The translations under genes and the position numbers were made by a program. Of a DNA stretch of 49,772 nt, positions 27,962 to 37,287 are shown in pieces; within the stretch, counting starts at the first letter, position 1, and each line of letters begins with the position of its first letter. The notes below the pieces were generated by a model. The model was not told the DNA's origin, ran no database searches, and worked only from the letters and a program-made list of their open reading frames with translations. The stretch lies in IMG/VR virus record IMGVR_UViG_3300020042_013092, positions 1 to 49,772 of that record. The stretch is one strand, 5' to 3'. This stretch comes from a virus. Lineage: Duplodnaviria > Caudoviricetes.

Positions 27962-29560
27962 ATGTTTCTAATGACAGGAAGTGGACGCATTCTTGGAGAC
28001 ATTAATCAGCTTCGCCAAGCCGTAACAGAGTTTGGTTCTGATTTTATACGTGGAATTCGTCAACAAGTACCTCAAGCACCAGGACAACTTCGTATTCCTT
28101 TTACTCCTCCTCGAGCAGCCGGAGGAAAATTTCAATCTCCTTATGGTCCTCGTATATCTCCTGCTGATGTAGATGCACGTCGTGCAATTCAGGAAAGGGA
28201 AAGTGTTGTGGATGTGATGAGAGCTAATGAAAGACTTAGAAACCTCCCTGTTAACCTTGGACCTTCCCGTAAAACACCAGGACAGCTTTCTATTCCTGTT
28301 ACTCCTCCTCGCCCCCCTTCACCCGCACCCGCATCCATATCCGAACAGCTTCTCAACAGTGATCCGGGAACTTACAAATCAATTCAAGATATTGCCAGGA
28401 GAGCATCTGCTTATTACAAGACACCAATATCTGTAGAGGACTTAATGTCTACTAGAGGACTTGGTGTTATTGATGATATTGAAGCTTCGATGGGGAGGGG
28501 AATTCCTTCTCGTCCCGGTGCCCTTATGGTTAGACCACCTGGGGGAGAGTTGACGGAGTATCAACGTAGGGCTTTCAGTCAAATGCCTGATCCTTCTGCT
28601 AGAGGGTCTTCAATGAACGAAGGTATAGATGTACCTCTAGCGGAATATCAACGCAGGGCTCTCAATCCAGCAGCCCAGACTGGGGATAGAGGGTACTCAA
28701 CGGATGACTTTATAAAAGAATATCAACGTAGGGCTTTCAGTCAAATGCCTGAGCCTTCTGCTAGAGGGTCTTCAATGGACGACGTTGTGGATGTAGCCAC
28801 TCAGGTAAGAAACGGTGCTGGTGGATTACGTACAGCTGACCTGGGAAAGCTTGCTGGTTTAGGTTTGCTGGGAACCCTCGTAGGGGGAGGACTGATTAGT
28901 CGAATGAATAGACCTTCCGGACCAAGGACTCAAGCTCCCGGAGCACAAGATAATCTGGATATAGAAGAAATAGGTAGACCTGCTCCACAAGGTAATCCGC
29001 TTCCCCCCGGAAGAGGCGACGACCCGGTTATTGATTATGGAAGTCTAACTTTACCCGGTCAGATGGGTGCAGGTCCCGTTACAATTCGTAGTTACGGAGC
29101 TAGGGACGAAGCTCTAAATGAAGCTCGTCAAAATGCTGGTTTACCTCCTGAGAGGACTAAACCCCAAGCGGATATGCTTGCTTATTACCAGCAAAGAGAA
29201 GCTTATGCCGCTGATCAATCAAATAAAAATAAAATAATGAGCGAGCTAGCTAGTCTTGATTCAAGATACTCTTCTCCGGACATTCAAGCGTGGGCAAACG
29301 CACACCCTGAATTAGCTTATGAGCTTATTAACAAAACAAAAAGGAGTCAAAGCTTAGTTAATCAGCAAATGCCTCAAAGAGAAAAGATAGCCACTCCTAT
29401 AACTCAAATGGGTAGTGATACAACCAAAAATGCTGTAGGTAATGCAAGAATGGCAGGAGTTTTAGCAAGTTTGAACGATCAGGGGGCTTACGATTTGGAG
29501 AACGCGACGACACCTTACTACCCTATGGAAATTTCTAATCCCGGCACTTTCTACAGGTAG
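27962..29560 (+). CDS. Pro/Gly/Arg-rich hypothetical protein with internal repeats, putative internal virion protein
   Basis: 532 aa; one hydrophobic segment LAGLGLLGTLVGGGLI; EYQRRA repeats; RMAG motif. Confidence 0.7.
   Translation: MFLMTGSGRILGDINQLRQAVTEFGSDFIRGIRQQVPQAPGQLRIPFTPPRAAGGKFQSPYGPRISPADVDARRAIQERESVVDVMRANERLRNLPVNLGPSRKTPGQLSIPVTPPRPPSPAPASISEQLLNSDPGTYKSIQDIARRASAYYKTPISVEDLMSTRGLGVIDDIEASMGRGIPSRPGALMVRPPGGELTEYQRRAFSQMPDPSARGSSMNEGIDVPLAEYQRRALNPAAQTGDRGYSTDDFIKEYQRRAFSQMPEPSARGSSMDDVVDVATQVRNGAGGLRTADLGKLAGLGLLGTLVGGGLISRMNRPSGPRTQAPGAQDNLDIEEIGRPAPQGNPLPPGRGDDPVIDYGSLTLPGQMGAGPVTIRSYGARDEALNEARQNAGLPPERTKPQADMLAYYQQREAYAADQSNKNKIMSELASLDSRYSSPDIQAWANAHPELAYELINKTKRSQSLVNQQMPQREKIATPITQMGSDTTKNAVGNARMAGVLASLNDQGAYDLENATTPYYPMEISNPGTFYR
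28556..28777 (+). repeat. Intragenic imperfect triplication (EYQRRAFSQMPxPSARGSSM)
   Basis: Near-identical 60-nt blocks at 28556 and 28718 with a diverged copy at 28643. Confidence 0.85.
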
Positions 29561-29564
29561 TCTT

Positions 29565-29939
29565 ATGTCATTCTCTTTTCCATCTTTTGAAGTTGACTCC
29601 TCTGCTGCTTACGGGACACCCCTAAATTTTAATGAAGAAGATATTTATACTCTTGAAAATCAACGTGTGTTCCCTTACCCGGGCCAAGCTTCCCTTCCTA
29701 AAAAATATTCAACTTTTGACTCCTTCAGCTCAGATCCCTATGAAAGTGTAAGAGATCCTTATGATCCTTATGCTTCAATAAGAAGTCTTCTTTCTTCGTC
29801 TAAAAAGTCGCCTGAAAGCTCGCTTCGCATGGCGGGACAAACTCCTGAAATGCTTAGTACTTTTGGCCCCCAAGAATTTGCTTCTTTAGTCGCTCCTTTA
29901 GTCAAAACTCGTCCTATTCTTCCTGGTTTGTATAGTTAA
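29565..29939 (+). CDS. Hypothetical protein
   Basis: 124-aa Ser/Pro-rich ORF containing RMAG. Confidence 0.6.
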   Translation: MSFSFPSFEVDSSAAYGTPLNFNEEDIYTLENQRVFPYPGQASLPKKYSTFDSFSSDPYESVRDPYDPYASIRSLLSSSKKSPESSLRMAGQTPEMLSTFGPQEFASLVAPLVKTRPILPGLYS

Positions 29940-30041
29940 TTTTTCTACTGAGGTTTTTACAAGTAAACCCAGTCTGTACTAGAATTGTTTTAGTTCAATT
30001 GCAAACTGACACTCTAAGAGTGTTTAGTTAAGGAGGAAAAA

Positions 30042-30596
30042 TTGGCTAGCACCAGCACAAACAAGCAACCTTGCTTAATAGACCGCCCTTTTCTACGTGG
30101 AGCAAGGATTACTAGTGCTACGGGAACAGCCAACCCGATAAGTCCAAATTTAACAGACTTAATACAGCTTGTCCGTGTGGGAGATCTTCCATCAGAAGAT
30201 GCTGCGTTAGTGGAGGATATTACAATTGTCAGCAACGAAGACTACCCAGATAGAAGTGGAATTCGTACATGCGACATTGGTCTATACGTTTACGCACCTA
30301 ATCAAGCGTCACCTTCGACTTCAGCCGGGTTAATGGTGGGAAGGGTAGAAGTAGGTTTAAGCGGTAGTACTTTCGGCTACCCTCAACAAATTCAACTGTT
30401 TGCCGTCAATGCGCCTGTCCCCGCTGTGGGGGATACAGGATTAACAACTCCGATTCAAATAGGCAAAGGAGAAGGACTTTATCTAGAAAAAGGTTATATT
30501 CTTTGCGCAGGTTATTTAGGGAATGGTCCTTCTGCAATTAGTGGAGGTTTGAGTCCTTCCGGTATAACAATATGGGCACAGGGAGGTTTTTATTGA
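30042..30596 (+). CDS. Putative structural (tail/head-closure) protein
   Basis: TTG start; beta-rich; ends GITIWAQGGFY. Confidence 0.6.
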   Translation: MASTSTNKQPCLIDRPFLRGARITSATGTANPISPNLTDLIQLVRVGDLPSEDAALVEDITIVSNEDYPDRSGIRTCDIGLYVYAPNQASPSTSAGLMVGRVEVGLSGSTFGYPQQIQLFAVNAPVPAVGDTGLTTPIQIGKGEGLYLEKGYILCAGYLGNGPSAISGGLSPSGITIWAQGGFY

Positions 30597-30599
30597 TCC

Positions 30600-32138
30600 A
30601 TGGCCCGCAAAAAGGGTTCGGATGATTTTTCTTTTAAAGGTCAGAAACCGATAGAGTCTTTTAAACCTCTTTCGCATATCGTTGGTTCTGATAATACAAA
30701 TCAACTTCTAAATTCTTTACCTTTTAAACGTCGCTTTCGTCCTGCAGTTAATACAAAAGAGTTTAGTCTTTTAAGTGATTACGATTACGCTTCCTTGTGG
30801 GTGCGTTGGAGAAGAGGATATGAGCTTAGTATGTACACACAGGGAGCTTATAGTGGTTTAGTTTACTCCTCCTTTAAATATTACGTTTCAGGTACAGCTG
30901 GAGTAGGAGGTTATATACCAGGTATATTTTTCGTATATCCGACTAAACGCGCAGATACACGAATGCATATTGTAGGCATTCGTCCTAGAGATACATTTAA
31001 CTTTCTCGACTTTGGTATCTCAATTCAATCTGTAACTCAATATAATGACACAACTTATGCTGTTGTACTGAGTCAACGGTTTGGCTCTCCTATTTCGTAT
31101 TTTACAGGAGAAGTACTCTCTAATAGATTTAACCCGGATGGTACAGCAAAAACCTATGGGTATAACAACTACACAGTTGTCGCTGTGGGGTTTAATGGTG
31201 TAGTGACCACACCAGGTATTAATCCTGATTTCAACACTTTATTTCTATCTGCTGCTGAAAACCAAAGTTGGTCTGTAGTCAACAGCAATACCATTGTTGT
31301 TCCTGCAACTGGGCCTCCTTCAGTAGGGGAGTTTCTAACAACAGAAATTCGAGTTCAGTGCTCCTGTCAAGATTTTTTAAATAGAGAAGGTTTTAACTTT
31401 TACAACTTGTCCCTTAAGCAACGTTACCCTTACACCAAAATTCAAAACATAGACCCCGGTTATTTTGATGCAGGTCCTAACGCTCCTACACGTTTATCTC
31501 CTTCTAGTGATTATCCGGGCTACGTCCGAACTTTTGGTTTTATTTATCTAAATAAAATTTATACAGCGCCAGTATACTCAGACACAGCTCTATATTCGGA
31601 TCCATTTTTATTTTACTACCAACCTAAATGGTGTAAGCATATCTATGCTTCATTCTGGGATATGCAACGTAAGTTTAATTTATCTGATGTTACTTCTTAT
31701 CGTTTACCTCAACCAAACGATGAGCCCATGAACGAATATTATCGTGAAAATTTTGAAGTTGATTTAAAAAAACAAATGAGTTTTTTAAAAAGAGACGAAG
31801 ATTTTATTTGGTGGCAGAGGTATAGTCCCTCTCTTAGTGGGCTACCCAAGCATCTCTTATATTCTGACAAGTATAATATGATCGCTAAAACATTAAATTT
31901 TGGTCAGATCGATGATGTAACTGAGTTACAAGATACAAACTTTCAGTTATTTACTATCGACCAATTTAATCCTTTAGATCCAGCAGGTTTGCCTCAAGAC
32001 ATCTACGACGGTGGCACCTACGCTAATGGAATTACTGTTACAAGCTCGACCAACGTTTTAGATGGGGGTCAGTATACTAACGGTGGATTAGTTCCTCCCA
32101 GCTATCCTCCGACATTTATAAACGGAGGTACTTACTAA
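30600..32138 (+). CDS. Protein with split SWIM-type zinc finger and C-terminal DGGxY repeats
   Basis: RVQCSCQDF...KWCKHIYA; YDGGTY, LDGGQY, INGGTY. Confidence 0.7.
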   Translation: MARKKGSDDFSFKGQKPIESFKPLSHIVGSDNTNQLLNSLPFKRRFRPAVNTKEFSLLSDYDYASLWVRWRRGYELSMYTQGAYSGLVYSSFKYYVSGTAGVGGYIPGIFFVYPTKRADTRMHIVGIRPRDTFNFLDFGISIQSVTQYNDTTYAVVLSQRFGSPISYFTGEVLSNRFNPDGTAKTYGYNNYTVVAVGFNGVVTTPGINPDFNTLFLSAAENQSWSVVNSNTIVVPATGPPSVGEFLTTEIRVQCSCQDFLNREGFNFYNLSLKQRYPYTKIQNIDPGYFDAGPNAPTRLSPSSDYPGYVRTFGFIYLNKIYTAPVYSDTALYSDPFLFYYQPKWCKHIYASFWDMQRKFNLSDVTSYRLPQPNDEPMNEYYRENFEVDLKKQMSFLKRDEDFIWWQRYSPSLSGLPKHLLYSDKYNMIAKTLNFGQIDDVTELQDTNFQLFTIDQFNPLDPAGLPQDIYDGGTYANGITVTSSTNVLDGGQYTNGGLVPPSYPPTFINGGTY

Positions 32139-32139
32139 A

Positions 32140-32736
32140 ATGACTTCAACACCGGTTACTCTGCTCCAAAAAAGATCTGGTAATGCATCAGATCGCCCCA
32201 GTGGAATCACTCTTGTCAATGGCGAGCTTGCATTAACTTTTGGTGCTGCTGATCCGGGAGTTTATTTTGAGGATTCAATCGGCAATATAGTTAAAGTAGG
32301 ACCTAATTCTTTTGGGACCACTGCCCCGAACGCTGTACCTGTAGGTGTAGCCGGAAACTCTGCGGGGGAGCTGTGGACAGACTCTAGTGGAGGTAATTAT
32401 TTTTTAAAAGTATGGACAGGGGCAGCTTGGCAAAAAGTATATGCTGGTTTTGCTGACTCTGCTACAAGCGCTACTACTGCAACGACTGCAGCGACCGCCA
32501 CCAGGGCTCTTTCTTCCTTAGTTGCTTCTGGTGCCTTAGTTGCTTCTGGTGCCTTAGTTGCTTCTGGTTCAATTATTTCTTCAGGCGTGGTTGCCGGATG
32601 TTCAATAGTCTTAAGCGGACTACCTCCGGTTAGCACAAGTATCTCTGGGTCTTTGGTATACCAGGTTCAGAGCTCAGGAACTACACCTAGTGGTCTCTTT
32701 GTTCGAGTTCTAACCGGTTGGGCGTACACAGGCTAA
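32140..32736 (+). CDS. Tail fibre/spike-associated protein
   Basis: N-terminal LQKRS...RP...GELAL...GVYFED module typical of fibre proteins; GELWTD...LKVWTGAAW. Confidence 0.7.
   Translation: MTSTPVTLLQKRSGNASDRPSGITLVNGELALTFGAADPGVYFEDSIGNIVKVGPNSFGTTAPNAVPVGVAGNSAGELWTDSSGGNYFLKVWTGAAWQKVYAGFADSATSATTATTAATATRALSSLVASGALVASGALVASGSIISSGVVAGCSIVLSGLPPVSTSISGSLVYQVQSSGTTPSGLFVRVLTGWAYTG
32516..32568 (+). repeat. 18-bp tandem repeat x3 (LVASGA)
   Basis: CCTTAGTTGCTTCTGGTG three times in tandem. Confidence 0.9.
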
Positions 32737-33269
32737 CAACGCAATGTGGCTTTTAAAAACCAAGCCGATTTAAAAGAATCTCCGATGTACTCGGCGAGGT
32801 AGTTTTCAACGTCAGGGGCGTCTACTTCTTTTGCCACGTGTAAGACTTCTTTAGCTGTCATTCCCCCGTTATCTAGGTTATTTAAGTAAGTTGTGAGCAT
32901 ATCCCTCATTTCGTATGTTTTTACATTTTTAAAATCATTACAGGATTGCTGTAAGCCTTTTGCACACATAGGCATAAAATAGTCTAAAGATCTCACAAGC
33001 TCAGAGAGGGAGTCAAACTGCTTTATGTGGAGCTCATACTGATCCTTTAAAAACTCATGGATCGAGAGAAAAAGAGGACCCTCCACATTTAAATGAATTA
33101 AATGAGACTGGATGTACATCTGGTGTGTGTACGAAGCCAAGCCAATCAACTTTGAGGAGAGCTCTTCCACTGTTGGTTTTGGTTCGACCTCGGACTCTTG
33201 TTGAACTGTTAACTCAACATTCTCCATTAGAGGGGTTGTGTTTTCCGTGAAAGAGTCCGAATAAGTCAT
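32733..33269 (-). CDS. dps: Dps/ferritin-like DNA-protection protein
   Basis: SHLIHLNVEGPLFLSIHEFLKDQY...FDSLSELVRSL...KSAWFLKA; ATG at 33269 preferred. Confidence 0.85.
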   Translation of the reverse strand: MTYSDSFTENTTPLMENVELTVQQESEVEPKPTVEELSSKLIGLASYTHQMYIQSHLIHLNVEGPLFLSIHEFLKDQYELHIKQFDSLSELVRSLDYFMPMCAKGLQQSCNDFKNVKTYEMRDMLTTYLNNLDNGGMTAKEVLHVAKEVDAPDVENYLAEYIGDSFKSAWFLKATLRC

Positions 33270-33270
33270 A

Positions 33271-33543
33271 TCAAAAAACGCAAGCTTCAGCGCTGGCTGG
33301 TTCAGTTTCACTCTCCACTGTAGCTGACACAGCTGAAGTGCGAAGATACTCTTCGAGTGCAGCTCGATTTACACGAAATAAAGACTTTGCTCCGTTAGGC
33401 TGCAAATTTATGTAGACAAGCTTAGGCCAGCCACCGGGCTGACTAGCTTCGGATAAAGCAATCCTTTTGCGGACAAAACCAGAACTGCAATTTAAAAGTT
33501 CGGCGGTTTCCGCAATCGTAAGAAGGGGTTTGCTTTCCGACAT
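33271..33543 (-). CDS. Excisionase/MerR-type HTH protein
   Basis: LLTIAETAELLNCSSGFVRKRI...FRVNRAALEEYL. Confidence 0.75.
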   Translation of the reverse strand: MSESKPLLTIAETAELLNCSSGFVRKRIALSEASQPGGWPKLVYINLQPNGAKSLFRVNRAALEEYLRTSAVSATVESETEPASAEACVF

Positions 33544-33671
33544 TGTGTATGCAAGAGAAAAGTTACGGCTCTATATTACATACGTTTCTTGTGTACGCAA
33601 CAAGAGTCCTTCATGCGTAATAATTTTTTTACTATTTGAATGGTAGTATTAAAATGAAACTCGAGGCGCAC

Positions 33672-33917
33672 ATGATCCGCTTAGCAGGTGAAGTTTTTAA
33701 AAGTTATAACAAACCGAAAACTGATATCCAAGGAGGGAAGCAGTTCTCCGTGGCAGCTAAAGAGGAGGGTAACGTACGCCTAGTTCGCTTTGGAGACCCA
33801 AATATGGAAAATAAGAGTGATGACCCGGAGCGCAAAAAAAACTTCAGAGCACGTCATAACTGTGATGAACCTAAGAGCAAACTGACAGCAGGGTACTGGT
33901 CTTGCCGAGCTTGGTAA
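33672..33917 (+). CDS. Conserved phage protein (RFGDPNM...FRARHxC...AGYWSC)
   Basis: Motif recognised from widespread small phage proteins; ATG at 33672 preferred. Confidence 0.75.
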   Translation: MIRLAGEVFKSYNKPKTDIQGGKQFSVAAKEEGNVRLVRFGDPNMENKSDDPERKKNFRARHNCDEPKSKLTAGYWSCRAW

Positions 33918-34084
33918 ATTTTTTAATTAAATTATTTTTTTAGGAGCTAAAAAACATATGGTATATGTGTAAGAAGTTAGTGTTATTCTATGCAGATAGA
34001 AAGATTGCTTAACAAAAAATAAAAGCCTCTAAATTAACGAAAATTTTAGCTAGAGCTAGACTTTAAACGTACCGCGATCTCGCC

Positions 34085-34336
34085 ATGGACTCTCGCAAGT
34101 CAGAAGATGTCACAAATGTATCTTGCGGGCTTACGCTTGAAGACGAGTTTGTTTTAACTCGAATAAAAACTAAAGCTCACGAGTTAAAAAATGTAGAGAG
34201 AGATCAGTATATGTGGCAAATGGTGTATAAGTTAATTCTTCGGGAACGTGCTTTTAAGGCTGTGATGGACAGGATCGGCATATCTGTAGAAGCAGGCGTG
34301 GATTTGTTTGACGATTTAGATCAAACAGAAAGTTAG
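34085..34336 (+). CDS. nblA: NblA-like phycobilisome degradation protein
   Basis: LTLEDEFVLTRIKTKAHELKNVERDQYMWQMVYKLILRERAFKAVM aligns without gaps to the NblA pattern LSLEQQF-x11-MS-x6-FL-x6-MxxRE-x2-Y. Confidence 0.6.
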   Translation: MDSRKSEDVTNVSCGLTLEDEFVLTRIKTKAHELKNVERDQYMWQMVYKLILRERAFKAVMDRIGISVEAGVDLFDDLDQTES

Positions 34337-34346
34337 TCTTTTTTTC

Positions 34347-34363
34347 CTATACTTAGTAAAGAA
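34347..34363 (+). promoter_or_regulatory. Promoter-like 17-mer CTATACTTAGTAAAGAA (copy 1)
   Basis: Exact copy at 47028-47044; contains a TATACT -10-like box 27 nt upstream of the ATG. Confidence 0.7.
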
Positions 34364-34374
34364 TTTAGAAAAAT

Positions 34375-35703
34375 ATGCCTCCCATTACTCCGCAACAGCA
34401 AGCATGGTTAGACGTAATTGCTTACGCAGAGGGTACGGATAGAACTAAAAGTCGAGGAGGATATAATATCTTGTTCGGAGGCGGGCGTTTTTCTGATCTT
34501 AGAAAACACCCAGACAAAGTTATAGATAAAACCAGTGCCGCTGCAGGCAGGTATCAATTTATGCCTGATACGTGGAAAGCTGTGTCTACAGCGTTAAAAC
34601 TTCCTGATTTTGGCCCTGCTGCACAAGATATTGCTGCTCTCGAGTTAATCAGACGCCGTGGTGTTGATCCTAATAGACCTATTACAAAAGAGTCGGTCGC
34701 TAAACTAGCTCCTGAGTGGGCTTCCTTACCTACCCTCGCAGGTAAAAGTTTTTATAATCAGCCCGTAAAACAATTTTCAGAACTACAAAAATATGCTGCA
34801 TCTCCCTCACGTAATATTCCAGGAAATCAAGCTTTTCCTTCTACTCAACCTAGCGCTTCTTCCACTCAACCTAGCGTTCCCTCTAATACCCAATTACCAG
34901 ATTTTAGGCAAAAAGCTTTAGGTTTTCTTTTCAAACAGTTAAGTGAAAATACGGAACAACAGGATCCTTACAGCGCAATTCTTTCTGCTAACACAAAAGC
35001 AGATTTACTAGAAGAAGAAGGAGGGTTAGAGGGAGAAATAGCAGCAGATGATATTCGTCGTAGAGCCCTACTCAGCTCTTTAGGGCAGAATCAAGGAGGT
35101 GAAAAGCTGGAACTTATTGCAGCCTTAGTTGATAATATAAAAAATTCTAGATTAGCTCAAACTAGTTCCGGCGCAGGCGATGTGGGGACTCCGCCGGCAT
35201 CAAAGCAAGGTTCTTTTCCGGCAACAAGTTTAAGTTCTTCACTCCCTATTGGATCTGGACTTGCGTTAAAGGGAGCCATAATCACTGATCGTAATGATAC
35301 AGGAGGCAAAGGAATTGACTTTGTACTTCCAGTAAAAGAGCTTGTCTCTCCTTTTAAAGAAGCTCAGGTATTAAAAGTTGTAGTGGACCCCAGAAGAACA
35401 GATTTAGTAAAAAATCCAGGAGGACCTCGTTTCTATGGAACGTACGTTGATTTAAGAGTTCCTGGCCCTACTGGTCCTTATGACGTACGTATGGCGCACT
35501 TCAATTCTCTTAACCCTAATTTAAAAGCCGGGCAAAAAATACCAGCTGGATATAAAATAGGCGTAACGGGTGATACAGGCTCCGCAACAGGGCCTCATAA
35601 TTCTTTTGATTTTTATGATGTAGGTAAAACAACAGCTAGCGCTAGAGTTTTAGCGATAAAAAATGAAATAGCACGTAGACTGGAGCGAGGGTTACCTTTG
35701 TAG
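34375..35703 (+). CDS. Lambda-R-type lysozyme (GH104) fused to a degenerate M23 peptidase domain
   Basis: WLDVIAYAEGT...GYNILFGG...HP...AAGRYQF...DFGPAAQD; C-terminal GIDF...YGTYV...MAHF...GDTGSATGPH. Confidence 0.85.
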   Translation: MPPITPQQQAWLDVIAYAEGTDRTKSRGGYNILFGGGRFSDLRKHPDKVIDKTSAAAGRYQFMPDTWKAVSTALKLPDFGPAAQDIAALELIRRRGVDPNRPITKESVAKLAPEWASLPTLAGKSFYNQPVKQFSELQKYAASPSRNIPGNQAFPSTQPSASSTQPSVPSNTQLPDFRQKALGFLFKQLSENTEQQDPYSAILSANTKADLLEEEGGLEGEIAADDIRRRALLSSLGQNQGGEKLELIAALVDNIKNSRLAQTSSGAGDVGTPPASKQGSFPATSLSSSLPIGSGLALKGAIITDRNDTGGKGIDFVLPVKELVSPFKEAQVLKVVVDPRRTDLVKNPGGPRFYGTYVDLRVPGPTGPYDVRMAHFNSLNPNLKAGQKIPAGYKIGVTGDTGSATGPHNSFDFYDVGKTTASARVLAIKNEIARRLERGLPL

Positions 35704-35704
35704 T

Positions 35705-36451
35705 ATGTCTTTTTCGTACGGTGATTTCGGCGGACCTGGAGGTTTTGGGGATTTCGGCGTGGCTGCCCCAGGTGCTTATGGAGGAGATTTTAAGAACTTT
35801 GTGCCAAATCAAAGTAGTGCTGGAGGTTTTGATTTGTCAAAAATACTTGGAGGAATTAGTAATAAAGTAGGAGAAGGCCTAGGTGGTCTTGCTGCAGGGC
35901 AAGCGGGTAAACTTTTTGGAAACCTACCAACAAGTTATGGGGCTGGTGTAGCGCAAGAACAAGTCGACAAAAGCATTTCGCAGATTAAAGATTTAATAAA
36001 TGAAATTAAAAATCAAACACTGGCTTATAGAGGGCTAGGAGACCAAGAGACTGAAAAACTAGGGGGGCTTAGTGGGTTAGGAATTCCCGATTACAGAGTA
36101 AGTAGTATTGATCAATTTAATAAAGGAGTTCAGCGCGAACGAGATTATGGTACAGGTTACCTAACAGATTACGATCCGAATATTTTAAAATCTCCTTCCG
36201 TAAGTCGTTTTAACCAAGCAATCGGTTCCGCTTCCTCTCAGTATGCAAATGCACTAAAAGGCTTAGGTGAAAGAGGAAGTCAGCGTATGTTTGAGGCAGC
36301 GGTGGCTCCTATACCCGCTTTTAAACAAATTGCAGACGATAAAGATTTTAATAACTTACTTAACCCGGAGTTTATGAATTTAGCTTCTAACCCTATGACT
36401 GTAAATATGGACAAAGACAGGTATAAGCCTTATATGCAGTACAATGTCTGA
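35705..36451 (+). CDS. Gly-rich putative internal virion protein
   Basis: GDFGGPGGFGDFG N-terminus with a helical body. Confidence 0.6.
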   Translation: MSFSYGDFGGPGGFGDFGVAAPGAYGGDFKNFVPNQSSAGGFDLSKILGGISNKVGEGLGGLAAGQAGKLFGNLPTSYGAGVAQEQVDKSISQIKDLINEIKNQTLAYRGLGDQETEKLGGLSGLGIPDYRVSSIDQFNKGVQRERDYGTGYLTDYDPNILKSPSVSRFNQAIGSASSQYANALKGLGERGSQRMFEAAVAPIPAFKQIADDKDFNNLLNPEFMNLASNPMTVNMDKDRYKPYMQYNV

Positions 36452-36749
36452 TCGATCCGGTAATTTAGCACACGAAAGAAAAGTAAGATCTTTCGAAAGA
36501 GCAGGGCTGACAAAATATCAACGTCGTTTTGAATCCAGAAAAGACATACGTTTAGCCGGTAAAATTTGGACTCGCAGCGAGGGGGAGAACAACCGTGTTT
36601 CAACTCGAGAAAGAAAAACAGAGGAAATGAAAACCAAACCAGTCGGTGTGGGATTTGGTAAAAGGGACAACATTGAGCCAGATCAACAATACTCCTCTGT
36701 TGAGTTTCTCAACAAAAAACTCGACCAAATGAGCTATACAAATCAATAA
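36444..36749 (+). CDS. Basic hypothetical protein
   Basis: 101 aa; overlaps the upstream stop; RLAG motif. Confidence 0.6.
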   Translation: MSDRSGNLAHERKVRSFERAGLTKYQRRFESRKDIRLAGKIWTRSEGENNRVSTRERKTEEMKTKPVGVGFGKRDNIEPDQQYSSVEFLNKKLDQMSYTNQ

Positions 36750-37287
36750 ACTCTCTTATTCGTTTGTCTGTATTTATAGAGGAAGGAAAGTAATAAATAA
36801 AGCCAAAACATCTTGTTTTAATAGATTTAGGTAAACCTGGGGAGTCTATAAATAGTTCAGGTCTTTCTTTTGCGACACAAAGAGGAAGATCCAACCCTAT
36901 CTTTTGTGTTGTGAGTAAAGCTACTTCTGATGAAGTTAAAAAAACTATTGCTTCCTCAAATTCATTTTTTCTGTACTTACTTAAACAAGTTTCTAACCAT
37001 ACTCGCTGGGCAGAACGAGGAAATCTTTTTCTTTTTTTAAATAAATACGGGTCTTTAGGTTGCTCGTCGTTGGACAACATATCTCGCGGTGGATATAAAT
37101 ACAACGACTTAGCTTTCCATTTTTGACGGAGACCATCATCTTCTTTTGTAAAAAATCTTGTAGCACAAACTAAAGTATTAGCTTCCTTGCTTGAAGCGGG
37201 GTCCAGCTCTATTTCTCCATTAAAGAAAGCAGTTGTTATCCCTATTAACTCCGGAGGAGAAACAAAATCAACTTGCGCTAGCGGCAT
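36709..37287 (-). CDS. Phage DNA N6-adenine methyltransferase-like protein with altered catalytic motif
   Basis: IELDPASS..AN..V.A.RFFT.EDDGL.QKW followed by LYLYPPR where NPPY is expected. Confidence 0.7.
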   Translation of the reverse strand: MPLAQVDFVSPPELIGITTAFFNGEIELDPASSKEANTLVCATRFFTKEDDGLRQKWKAKSLYLYPPRDMLSNDEQPKDPYLFKKRKRFPRSAQRVWLETCLSKYRKNEFEEAIVFLTSSEVALLTTQKIGLDLPLCVAKERPELFIDSPGLPKSIKTRCFGFIYYFPSSINTDKRIREFIDLYSSFGRVFC

